DNA from: Phoronis australis
Lineage: Eukaryota; Animalia; Phoronida
Assembly: GCA_002633005.1 (NCBI GenBank)
Contig: NMRA01000013.1
Span: forward strand, 1,846,403 to 1,910,402
Length of the DNA stretch: 64,000 nucleotides
Reading direction: 5' to 3'
The translations under genes and the position numbers were made by a program. The notes beneath the pieces were generated by a model, which was not told where the DNA came from, searched no databases, and was given only the letters and a program-made list of their open reading frames with translations. This document shows positions 37,789-49,723 of this stretch, piece after piece; position 1 is the first letter of the stretch, and the number at the start of each line of letters is the position of its first letter.

Positions 37789-40112
37789 AGCGTCTGACTG
37801 AACGCACGCCGGGTTTCCGGGCCTCACACGTAGTTTGTGAAGGCCCAGGTGCAGCGCACTACTGAGAACGATGGTTTTCATTGGCTGTCAGCTGGCAATT
37901 TTTAACCAGGTTGCGTTTGCGGCAAACGCACTAACCAGTCGCAAAATAATTTTTTACTCTCGCGACGTCTAGTGACCTGATAATGTATTACCGGATGTGC
38001 AAAGTGGACCGCCTTGACCTCGCTGGTTCCCCGCGTGCCCAGCCAGCTGTAACAGTGTCTTATAACGGTGTGCGTGTCTTATATGAAAGGATCAACGCAC
38101 GTGTTGCTGTATAGAATACTTTATTGGAACTCACTTAATTCACTACAAGTGGCTTTAATTCGACTATTATAAAACAATGCGAAAACATGCAATTCTTGTG
38201 GTAATACCATATGTAGAACTTCCTCTACTCAGAATCAATTAAATTATAGTCTTGCACTAACTCATGCGTGAGTAATATATTTCAGTTATATCTTTATCAA
38301 AACATTACACCAGTATGCGTGCTAGCTACCGACCACCTAGCGGTATGTACAGATGTAGAGAACCAACCGAAGGCCTTCACAAGTTATCCGTGACTTCAGT
38401 GTGTGAGGCCCGGGAACCAAGTTAAGACATCCAGTAAGCATGCGGGGAACCGGACATCCAGAGAGCCATAAAACACCGCGTGACCTGTTATTGCGTGCAG
38501 CGCTGCCTGTAGTGCCTGTGGTGTAGTCGGTGCTCCTCGATAGTTCCCTGCGTGCTTCGTGCTTAGCCCAGCCAGCTACCACACCACCTAGCGGCACGCA
38601 GGGAACCAGCGAGGTCGGTGCTCTTGTGTATGTTGTGTGTATTTCATCATGCAGAGCAAAAATGACCCATTGAAGCTGACAATTTCTGCGTGAGATTTCG
38701 TTCCTTAAACAAGTGAGGTAAATTGGTGTGTCAGTTTTTCTAAGTATCCAACCCCAGGCTCACACTGCCTCAGTGTGTGTGTGGCTTGTTGTAGACTGTG
38801 CCTGACTTGATTGTCTCACTCTCAGTCAGTCTCACTCTTGAGGTTGTTCGAGAGTTCGAGACGGTGGCCATTCTGTACTGTAAGCCTTATATACGTCGGC
38901 AGCTTTTCGACGAATTATGCCTCACACTGATTAAACCGTCGAATTCATGTTGCTATAAGTACCTGTGTAGTGACTAGAGCCCGTTGCGTTGTAGTAACAC
39001 GTACTAGCTGCTGGCTATAGGCCCTAGCCTACTAGACAGTGACCATCGTCTTCAGCTAGCTCAGTAGAGACGGTGTTGCTAATATAGGGCGCTTCATGCA
39101 CCGTGAGTATTTTGACGAATTATGCCTCACACTGACTAAAACATCAGAGTCACGTTGTTGCGCATGTAGGGACCATAACGTGGAATTGTCGTGAGGACTT
39201 GACGGGGACCTCCGGGGTCTCACGCTCCACTGGCTTATCTGCAATAATTTGAAAAGGTTTTGTCCAGTCATGTGTTGTGGGTCATAAATCGAGATAATGC
39301 AAGTCATGTTTCTTCAAGGAGCTCTGATCACCAAACCATCGGCTCCATGGGCAATAAAATGTAATGGGCGGAACAGATCTGTGATCCCAGACCGTCAGGA
39401 GTTGCCCCATTGACAACTCCGGACGGTCTCTCACGAGGATTTAATGTTATGCTCCGAAGGTTGAACCAAATACTCCTGTTATTGAACTTTTTCTTCAAGC
39501 AGTCCTTCATTCAGTTCCCAAAATCGCTAACTGGCCATTTTTAACAATTGCGCGCGGCAGGTGGTATTACATCATATTCCCTGGCATGCGCAGTGTAAAA
39601 ATGGTAGCATAGTGCTGTATTTCTTTACTTATTTCGCACAGAAATAATTGCCAAAACTGTTTTTTCTTGTTTTTGAAGGCTGATTCGACTCCCCGGCTGG
39701 AAACAAAGGAAAGTTGTTGTTTTGTGACATTTACAAAGTGTCATTTTTGCTCTTTCAGAATTAATTCCTTTTCAACAAATTCATTTGTGAACAAATCTCA
39801 GATTTTTGTGGTGTCTGCGTTTGACAGTCCTCAAAAATTTGCCTTTTCACTGTTGTCCAAATTTGGTGAGCTATGGAAATTTGATTTAAAAGTCGGTGTG
39901 ATAAATGTTGGAGATTAGAGAAATTATGTTGGTAATACATTGTAATTTTTTTCATTTTTGTGTTTGTGGAGGAATAAAATTTCAATTGTTGACAAAATTG
40001 TATACTTAAAATAAGTGAAGAATTACCATAGTTAGGAGGGAGCTTGGGTTTGGTCAAGGTTGATTCTGAGTTCCTGTTTCTGTCTCATCATAGGTGACCT
40101 CATCCTTCTACC

Positions 40113-43100
40113 ATGTCTTCAGAGGTCAAAGTTGAAGATGTCCTATCCAGGTCAGCTGCCCAGCACTCTCTGGATGCTACTATTGACTTCATCGGTGGTA
40201 TAAATGGTATGGTCATGTGACCGAGTAATTGCTTTGTGCAAAATATGTACTTTTACTGAGTTTAAAAATCTGTAGTTTGTATCTTGGTTAAATACACAGA
40301 CATGTCAACTGGGTCCTACAAATCAACTGGGTCCTACAAAACCTTAAAGTGGAACGTGTAGGCTAATTTTTTGTCTCTGTGATTGCTTGGCCAAATTAGT
40401 TAGAAACACAATATATAACGGCTATGTGATTATGAAGTAGCTTGAAAATTGCAAAATGTTTTTAAGAACAAGTTTTGTGATGAAAATGATCCTTGACAAA
40501 TAACTGAACCGTGTCCAGTAAGTATCGTGACATGGTGCCGGGGAATAACACTGCATAACACTATATGAGCCCGCGAGGTATGTCATTAGTGCAAAGTTCA
40601 CCTATTTGCCGAATTTTTTGTTTTCACATTTGCAAATTATAAATGTACTATTATAATACATCTGCAATTTGCTAAGCGGAGAATGTGTTAAAATAGCATT
40701 GTCGTTTAGTTCCTGCTATACATTAGCGTAGTTAAGAGCATGCGAGTACATCTTAAAGGCTTCGAGTTGAAGGAAATTACTTAATAAGCTAGTATGATCA
40801 TTGCAAAATATGTATTCAGACTTATGAAAGGTGTCCTTGACAGCTACCTTTTTTCTCAGATTCTGTTTAGAAGGTCTGAACATGACGCAAAAATGCTTGA
40901 ATACTATTTACTGAAGTGTAGAAGTTTGAGTGGAAATTTTCCTTTGTCATTTCTGGGGAAAATAATGTATTTTCTGGGAACATCCAATGATCCCAGATAT
41001 TAGGCCGTGGTATTTAATTTGAATGTAAGCCCACGGATATCGTTTCTTTGGATATAAAACCAGCTGTTATTGTCATGTGTGTTCTTTATACATGTCACAA
41101 CACACCAATATAAAGTATATCCAAACTGATAATCATCAGCTGGTTAAAGTTTTTCCTTGAAAATGTTGAATGAATAATAAAACCAAACAGCTCGACGTGT
41201 TCAAAATGGCGAACATGGTCTATTTGTTAAAACAATGTTTTCCTCCTGGTAAAATTTAAAAATGCAAGCTCCCAAAACAATCTGGATAATATTTTTGTGA
41301 AGAAAACTGCCGTTAACACAAGTTGATATCATTTCAGGAGGGATAGCTACGGTGTATGTAGGCCAGCCACTGGATACTGTCAAAGTGAAGATGCAAACTT
41401 TCCCACATCTGTACAGAAGCGCGTTCCAGTGTTTTGCTCAAACATTCAAACAGGATGGTATACGAGGCTTGTATGCTGGCACCGTACCAGCATTAGCTGC
41501 CAATATTGCAGAGAACTCCGTCCTCTTCATGGCGTACGGCATTTGTCAGAAATTCGTCATAAGCTTCACCGGAAAAAAAACTGTCGCTGACATGAGTGTA
41601 CTAGAAAATGCCACGGCTGGGTTCTTCGCTGCGTTTTTCTCGTCTCTTACGCTATGCCCAACTGAACTGGTGAAATGTCGACTTCAGGCTTTACGAGAAA
41701 CGTGCTCACTAAAAGGCCAGGATCCTAAAGTGGTGCTAAAAAATGTGTATGTAGTTGTTACATAATCATACAGAATGACTCAGTGTGAAATTTTTGTATC
41801 TTTGTATTATGACCATCTTTTCGAAATACCCTGTACATGCTGGAATTTTACAGCATGTTTCAAAAATCTGGGGTCCAAGTGTCAGTCGAGTCAGGAATCT
41901 GCTCAAACTTGAAATGATTGGGGGTCACGTGATGTGAGTGAAATGGGTACAATAAGAAACTATTAATGCTCAATAAATAATATTGTGCTTTTATGAATCA
42001 GTGCGTTAACAAGGTATAAGTAAGAATTAAAGGTCTTCTTACGCGTTATATGTTGGTCACATTACGTTACCTATAGTTAAGCCTGAGAAGATCTCTATAC
42101 TGACCGGGGCTTGAACCCAGGACTTTCTGCAAACCGTACAGATGCTTGTTTTAGTCAAGGATTGTTTGTAAAGGTCAGTACTTTGAGGCATTACTTCAGT
42201 AGAATTCCTCTGGCCACGCTGACTTGTCTGTACTTGCCTACAAACTTGGACTAAGTTACCAAAAAAGCAAACACCGTGTACAAGAAGTATGAGTTTGGTG
42301 CTCTGAATATAAAGCACCAGTAGCGCCCCTGTTTGATTCGTTACCCCGTCGTTCAGACGTGCTTCTTATATACCACACAGACCTTTATTCATATCAAAGA
42401 ATCACATCTTTGTGTCAGCATGTCATGATTGAAGGTAAATGCTGCCTATCCTAGGTTAAAGTTTCATGTTTTTGGGTCGCCATGTTTTCTCCGAAGGTAA
42501 ATATTTCCTATCCAATGACTGTACTCTTTGACTTTTCATCAGTCGAGTGTGTACCACATTAGCATTCCTGCAAAGCTGCACTAAAGCAGCCCAGACCTGC
42601 TCACATTGAGGCTGCATTCATAACTGTTTTCTATAACTGTTTTCTTCAGGGGTCCGTGGTCGGTAACTAGAGATGTTCTAAAGGCTGACGGTATACGAGG
42701 GCTCTACGTGGGCTTCACAGCGACTCTCATGCGCGAGATGCCTGGATATTTCTTCTTCTTTGGGGGTTACGAGGTTGCGCGAGGATTTTTGACGCCGCAG
42801 GGAAAGACGAAAGACGAAATAGGTATATTGGGTATCTCCTGTTTGAGAAAACCAGAAACAAAATGCTGAGATTTTTTGTAAGGCACATTCGTGCTAATGG
42901 CGAGTTTGAAATTCACTAGGTGGCATTAGTTGGTGTGTATTCCCTAATGCAATGCACTCCTGAGACTCTTGCAAGGCTACGCTTCTAAGACTTTGAACAT
43001 AGGAAACACTTGCCTTTCACTCTTGGGATCTTGCGCGATCTCGCCTAACTCGGAAGAATCTTGTTCTATGTGGTGCACTCCAGTATTATTAGCCAGACTG

Positions 43101-45125
43101 GGAGTCACGCTTTATGGTGATTGTGCATCTAATTAGCACGGAGTGTGACAGGGAAGACTAGTGGAAGCTTATTTAGTCTAATTAGTTCTCAGCAAAGCTA
43201 TTGATTCAGCAGCTCTATTTTTGTATGATCACTGCTATACAGCTGTCATAACATATATTCTATGTTACAGATTGAGTTCTTAAGTTTCCTTGTCATATTT
43301 CATTCGTTTTATGCAGTTAGCAGATGTAGTGTAAATATTGTTAATTTATTCCCAATAAAGGTCCTCTTAGAACAGCCATTGCTGGAGGCATAGGTGGTGT
43401 AAGTTTATGGGCAGCCATTTTCCCAGCAGATGTTGTCAAGTCACGTGTGCAGATCAGTGGCACAGCAGGACAGAAAGGCAACGACATTGTTACGGTCTTC
43501 CTGAAGATATTGCGAGAAGAAGGTATGGCCCACAGTATTGGAAAGTGCGCCTAATGCAGTTATTGGTTGCACATGACTAGTGTGTCGATGTTCTCCAGTC
43601 AAATCCGTGCAAATGTTTTCACTGCAAAGTAGAGAGGTTGATAAATTTAGTAAAATTCCTGCACACAGTTTAGGAAATAAAGCCATGAGCACAAAAAAAA
43701 CTGCCACTAGAAGGCGCCACGGTAGTCGAAGTCGTCGGAAAATCATCAGCTGTCCTCTTCATAGTATAAGAAGATACATACCAATTTTCATAATCGGCCT
43801 AGAGCGGTTTGGTTGGTAGACGAGTAGATGCCAAAAAACAGACTCGAAAACAGTAAAAATGGCCACTAGGTGGCGCAACTAGGTCTAATCCTTGTGAAAA
43901 CGAAGAGATAGCGTCACCTCATTAACAGATGCCTGTATGCCAAATTTTATGAAAATACGTTGAGCACTTTTGAACATACAGAGGTAAACGTAAAAAAATA
44001 AAATTGTCACTAGGTGGCACACCAGCAGTCACATCCGTCCGAAAGTTGTTGTTGTCTGTTGTGAACATCATATAAATACACTTACTAAATTTTGTAAAGA
44101 TCCTTCGAACGTTGTAGGAGATACAGCCATTGGCGCAAAAAAACAAAACTGCCACTAGGAGGTGCCATAGTAGTTGAAATCGTCAGAAGATCATTGTCAG
44201 CCGTCCACTTTACAGTAAGAACATGTGCCAATTTTCACAATCATCCTTTGAGCGGTTTGCTTGATAGAGGGGTACACGCAAAAAAAACAGACTCGAAAAC
44301 AGTAAAAATGGCCACTAGGTTGCGCAAACTACGTTGAATCCATCCGAAAATGGAAGGACAGGGTCATCTCACTAATAGATGCCTATATACCAAATTTTAC
44401 GAAAATCGTTCAGGACTTTTGAAGATACAGAGGTAAACGTAAACAACTAAAATTGCCACTAGGGGGCACACCGGTAGTCGGATCCGTCCGAAAGTTCGCT
44501 CATGCCGTCCCATTCATGGAAGAAACACGTGTGCAAAAATTTCATGAACATACCTCAAGGCATTTTGGAGATGGAGCAGCGGACGCTGCACGGACGGAGA
44601 TGATGGCATAATGCGTCCACATATAAATATGTGGGCGCATAATAAATCAAATACTGGACTTACGAATTTGAGTTTGCTCATTGCGTCCTCATGCTGAGGA
44701 CTTCCTCAGGCCACTGAGTTGTCATGTGGCATATCATTGGACTCATCATGTGATCGACGGCACAGTCTGTTACCAAGAACATTGGATAGAGCGCTCAGGA
44801 GTATTCAGCACAGACTGTGCTGTTGATCACATGACAAGTCACATGATACATCACTTGACACCTCAATGGCCTGCCTCGGGATGAGGATGCAATATAACCA
44901 ACACAAATCCGTAAGTCCAGTATTTAATTTATTTTTTCACTATAATCTTTAAACTGTCGAATTCCGTGCAGCATATAATGTGTGTTAGCGACTACTCTGT
45001 TTGCAGGTGTACGGGCACTGTATAGAGGTCTGGGACCAGGATTACTCCGCACATTTCCAGCTACGGGGGCGCTGTTTGTAGCATACGAATGGACAAAGTC
45101 AACACTTCACAGACTAGCAGAATAA
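40113..45125 (+). CDS. SLC25A15: Mitochondrial ornithine transporter 1-like (SLC25 carrier), about 318 aa, 5 coding exons
   Basis: Exons: 40113-40206, 41338-41746, 42650-42822, 43361-43522, 45007-45125; phases 1,2,1,1; total 957 nt. Three carrier motifs (QPLDTVKVKMQ, CPTELVKCRLQ, FPADVVKSRVQ) and ORNT-typical ANIAENSVLF and REMPGYFFFFGGYE. An acceptor at 40093 implies a non-coding first exon, probably near 38.6-38.7 kb. Confidence 0.93.
43577..44640 (+). mobile_element. Helentron/HINE-like element: internal tandem repeats, ACGG remnant and 3' palindrome
   Basis: Higher-order duplication with a period of about 450 bp (AAAAAACAGACTCGAAAACAGTAAAAATGGCCACTAGGT at about 43833 and 44282). CACGGACGGA at about 44589; hairpin ATGCGTCCACATAT-AA-ATATGTGGGCGCAT at 44611-44640. 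The class assignment is inference. Confidence 0.6.
44641..44933. mobile_element. Palindromic MITE (about 290 bp)
   Basis: AAATACTGGACTTACG.ATTTG mirrors CAAAT.CGTAAGTCCAGTATTT; internally CATGTGATC.AC.GCACAGTCTGT mirrors ACAGACTGTGC.GT.GATCACATG. Confidence 0.8.
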
Positions 45126-48100
45126 CGGAAAACTAGTGCTAGTGGTCGTTGGATGTTATACCTGGTGACAGCTGGAACATACAATTGTCTTGCTTTCTTG
45201 ATTTTCAATATTCTGTTTGTTTGTGGAAATAATTCTCATTGAACTTACATTTTCTGGAATAATTGTAAATCATATTGCAATCAGAATGTGTAAGTAATCT
45301 ATGATTTAGTGATCAAAGCAAAGTAGATACCACATCAGGAGGGAGTGGGTTCAAGGGTTCAGTTCTTCTGATTAGCAATTGTTCTCTGCACATTTCTTTT
45401 CAGAGGTTTGGGAAAACATTTCTGATTCTTAAAGTCCTGAATTGTTTTGTTGACACAAGAATCTCACTAAGGAAGATAGTTGTGGCCACACGCAATATAT
45501 CGCGATATCTTACACTCTTGCGAATTCATGCTTTTCTTCCAAGAATCTTGTTTTATGGAACACACACCTGGTCTAATTTACATGGATGAAACATAAATTT
45601 CTTTTAATAGATTCATATGATTGGATGAGACAGGGCTCATCTATACACTGTCTCACACTTAACGTGCCTGAAGTGAATGTTTTTGACCTCCCAGTAATGT
45701 TACAGTAGTTTTTCCAAACTGGCTGGGACCTGGGTTGGTGAGGGCCCTTGAATAATCAATCAATCAGGCTCTGACCACAGCCTCTGTTCTTACACAGTTT
45801 GCTACCCTTTGCTGTCATTGTCGAAAATGACTGATGAGTCCCAGTTAATCACATGATTATTGTGTTGTAAAGCATCTCCGGTCGTTGCTGAATTCTCATG
45901 CACATTCTTGTTCACCCAAAATAAACACCCAAGATTGAACTGGCATAGTTTGTAGGTGCGCGACTGTGAACAGATAAACTCCATCTCGTTTATGAAATGA
46001 GATAAAGCGCGCACATCTCGGGAGCACAGCTAGTGTTACTTTTGTGTTGGGACACGTTTTTCCTATCAAATCTTTTGTTTTGACTTGGCGTTTGTTGGAA
46101 AAAACAATTCAATTACTGAAATAAGGCAAGTTAATGCATTAGGTTTTCTGCGTCTGAACTTTGTTCAGGTTGTAGCTTGTAAAGGAGATGCTATTCTTGG
46201 CATGTTAAACCACCTCAAGTTTGAGGGCCTCTGAACGTGTGCATGATCTGGGGCGTCCACATGCACAAAATGGCATTCCTCAATCATCATGTACACACTC
46301 GGCTAATCACGCCAGTGGTAGAACATTTTGTGCTACTAAAAATCATATGGTGGAAATTCTTCGGTTTGGGACATAACATGGTGGACGAGTCTCAACAGAA
46401 ATGACTATTGGCTTTGTAAGATGTCTCTGAAAATCAATTTTATCGAATAATTTTCTCCCAAATTGAAGAATTTTTTCCACCGTATACTTTGTTGTTATTT
46501 GGAATTGTGAGAATCTCATTTGTTGACAATGTGTTAAATATCACACTGCAACAGAATGGAGTGTCTTTAAACAAAAGGTTATGTTGGGATACACGTTTGA
46601 ATGTATTAATTTATTCATTTTAATTTTTGTTTCCTATGATTCATCCCTTATATCATGTGACACGAACAAAAATTTCCAATAATGAACAAGTACTAGTTAG
46701 TTTTCCCATCGTGATCATGCAGAACAAATTGCAAAACAGTGACGAGTGTTATATTTGAAATTTTGTGGTAGTCTATAAATTTCAGATGTTTTTATGACAT
46801 GTCATTTTTAAAGATTGTTTGACAGTGGTTTGTGATACTTGCTGGAAATAAACTAGATCTAAGTAGTAAACGTGGTTTTCTCTGACATGACGGGGTATTT
46901 GGTTATGTGGAACATATTGTCATTCAATATGGACCCTCAGTTGCACATAAGGACTCATCACTTGACCGCAGAGCATTGCTGCAACCTCAAAGGCCCATCT
47001 AAACTTAGCGTCTGCAACACAGGTGCGACTCTACCTTGCAGTCAAATTGCTAAGTGGGAATAGGTATTAAAGATGGAGATGTTACTTTGTCTACTGTCTA
47101 GGTACATTAGTGTTGAAATTGATGATTTCATAATTAAACTGTCTTTTTGGATAATGTGCCTCCATATTCTTGCAGCTCTGTAGACACTATTAATTTAAAG
47201 CATTGAGCATTATTTTTAACTTTCACAAACCCAATCATGTTTAAGTCTCAAACTCACAGAATAAAGACTTCTGAATGTTTTCATTTTAGATGAACGAAAC
47301 TTGTGTGGCACGCGCCATGCCCAACTAGAGATTTGAAACATTATATAAATATATTCTAATTAACTGCTTTACAAATGTTCTAACTAGGAAGAAATACGTC
47401 ACAATTATAACCTGACAATTCAATAACACATGTGTATTAATGCCATATTCCTAGTAAAGTAAAAAATCTTCCAACTTAGGACTACAATAATTGACAAAAT
47501 TGAAATTTTCCAAGACTTATTGCATTGCTGAAAATGCTCATTTTTTTCAAAAGGCTTGATGACAGCTGTACAGAGCAAACCAGATGCAACGCTTTTTAGG
47601 CTTAACTCCAATTGTACATCATATTTTTCTTAATAAACATTTTAACAAATGAAACATTTTGTTAATCATTACGTTTCTTAAAACATTTACAAATTAAGTG
47701 AAATTTTTATCAATCAAGTCTTCAGGTAGTGTTCCCCATTCAATGGGTTGTTCCCCGTTCACTGGGTTCATGGGGATTTGTTGATATTAACAAAAAATAC
47801 AAGGATAACAGTACACTTTAAATCTTCATCTGAACATCTCCACATTAAATTGGATCATATCAACATCACGGGCATAAATTACCAAGAGGAAAAACTAACC
47901 ATTTTTTCTAGAAACACCAAGGAATATTTCATGAAATAGATTAAAAATTCACCTCAATTTCAAACAATACCACTGGAAGACAGTCAAACATATCAATCCT
48001 CAGTATGGACTGTTTTACCCAAACACTGATACTCTGCAACAATCAATAGATGGCGCTAAGGGTCCACTTCTACTTATCTGTAAGATCACAAAGTTGCTCA

Positions 48101-49723
48101 TCTGCATAGATAAATTTGTATAATATGTGACTAGTATTTACACAGGCAGCACTAGTGTCTCCCAAGTGCCACCAAATCAAAAATCAAAAACAATTTTTTT
48201 AAGTCCATTACGAGTAATTCCACCTTATTACCATGACAACCAACAAAAAGCACCACCTGGATAATTAATAACAATACAACTTTTTACATACACATATACT
48301 GCATACAGGTGATATGTATAAAAATCAATTTTCGTTCTAAAATATAAACGATTTAACTGCATCGCTTTTCTAATCGATGCTTCATAAACAAACTTTGCAG
48401 TAGTAAACAAAGTAACAGACGTATCAATTCTAGGAACAGGTTTTAAGCACAGAAAACGCTGAGAACACTAGCTCCCTTAAGCCTCAATCACACTGTCACA
48501 ATTCATAGTTACAGTGTGAAATGGTCTTATAGCTGGTTTCCTTTTGTCTTTTGACTACAAATCAAGACTCGTTTCAAGAAAAGAGGCTGAGGTTGAAAGG
48601 AAGATGAAATGTTTCAAGAAACACAAAAAATCAAATTTTCGCTATTTGTAGTCAGATTTCAAGTTTATGGCTAAAGGCAAAAGCCAATAGTCTCTTCCAA
48701 AAACAGGTCCCAGGTGATCGGGACCTACCATGGCAATCCATAGAACTTCGACTCACAGGTTTAAACTGCTTTAACTATCCTGTCGCTGTAGCTTCACGGA
48801 ATACTACGCACAATGTTGCAACACCGTAGTGAAGCAGGCTAGCTGTGTAGGCATTCGAGAGTGACCCTGACAAAACAGCAACAAACTGTGTCTGTCTGAA
48901 TTAGTTCGGAATCTTTGGAGCACGCATGATTGTCTGTCTATACACGATAATACTTACACCCAAGTCATCACGTTAAGTTGCTTTTATCTTCTTTGGTTCC
49001 AAAGTGATGGGTTTAGTGAGGGGGCGTAACAGCATGTACTCATCAATTCACATTAAAAACTTGACCATGACCATAGCTAAGGGAAGCCCACCTATTGGTA
49101 GCTGAGGTTTGCTTATCGGCAGTTGAGGTGGGCATCAAATGTTTCTAATTTACTCAAGACAGGTACTGCATGGTTTATGAACAGCTAAGGTCAGCCTTAT
49201 GTCAAAATAACATCAGTTCTCCAGACATTGACACTGGACAAGTCCTGCATTACAGCAAGGCAACTCAGGAAGTGGGCAACTTTTCCTGTTAGTCTGTTTG
49301 ATATTAGAAAGAATGGTGTGAAGACCTTCAAAAGAGTCTAACATAAAGCATAACAAAAATCTGGAATAAACAACACTATTGAATGCAACATTAAGTAGAA
49401 ACACCACTGTATACAGCGTGTAATTTTGCTTACACAAAACTTCTTGTAAACAGTAATAAAACTCTTTGCTTATTTCTAGGCAACTGATTGCGTTTTTCTA
49501 ACAGCAACCTGTGGTTTCAGTTGATTTGCTACGAATGTTTACAGTCGTTACAATTTCGCACCACTGATCCAGGCCAACTTGAAACAATAATATCTTCAAT
49601 ACTTACAAATTATTATGAAAACTTGACACATTATGCAAGAGGCAAAAATCAAAAAAAATCTTTGTTTTCAAACACTGAATAATCTCCATCCAATCAATTT
49701 CTTAGTTTGCTCATCGGTTGATC

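Noticed and set aside
38757-38790. Iron-responsive-element-like CAGTGT loop (also CAGAGT/CAGTGG at about 525-545 on the minus strand)
   Set aside because: The five bases flanking the loop do not pair as an IRE upper stem requires.
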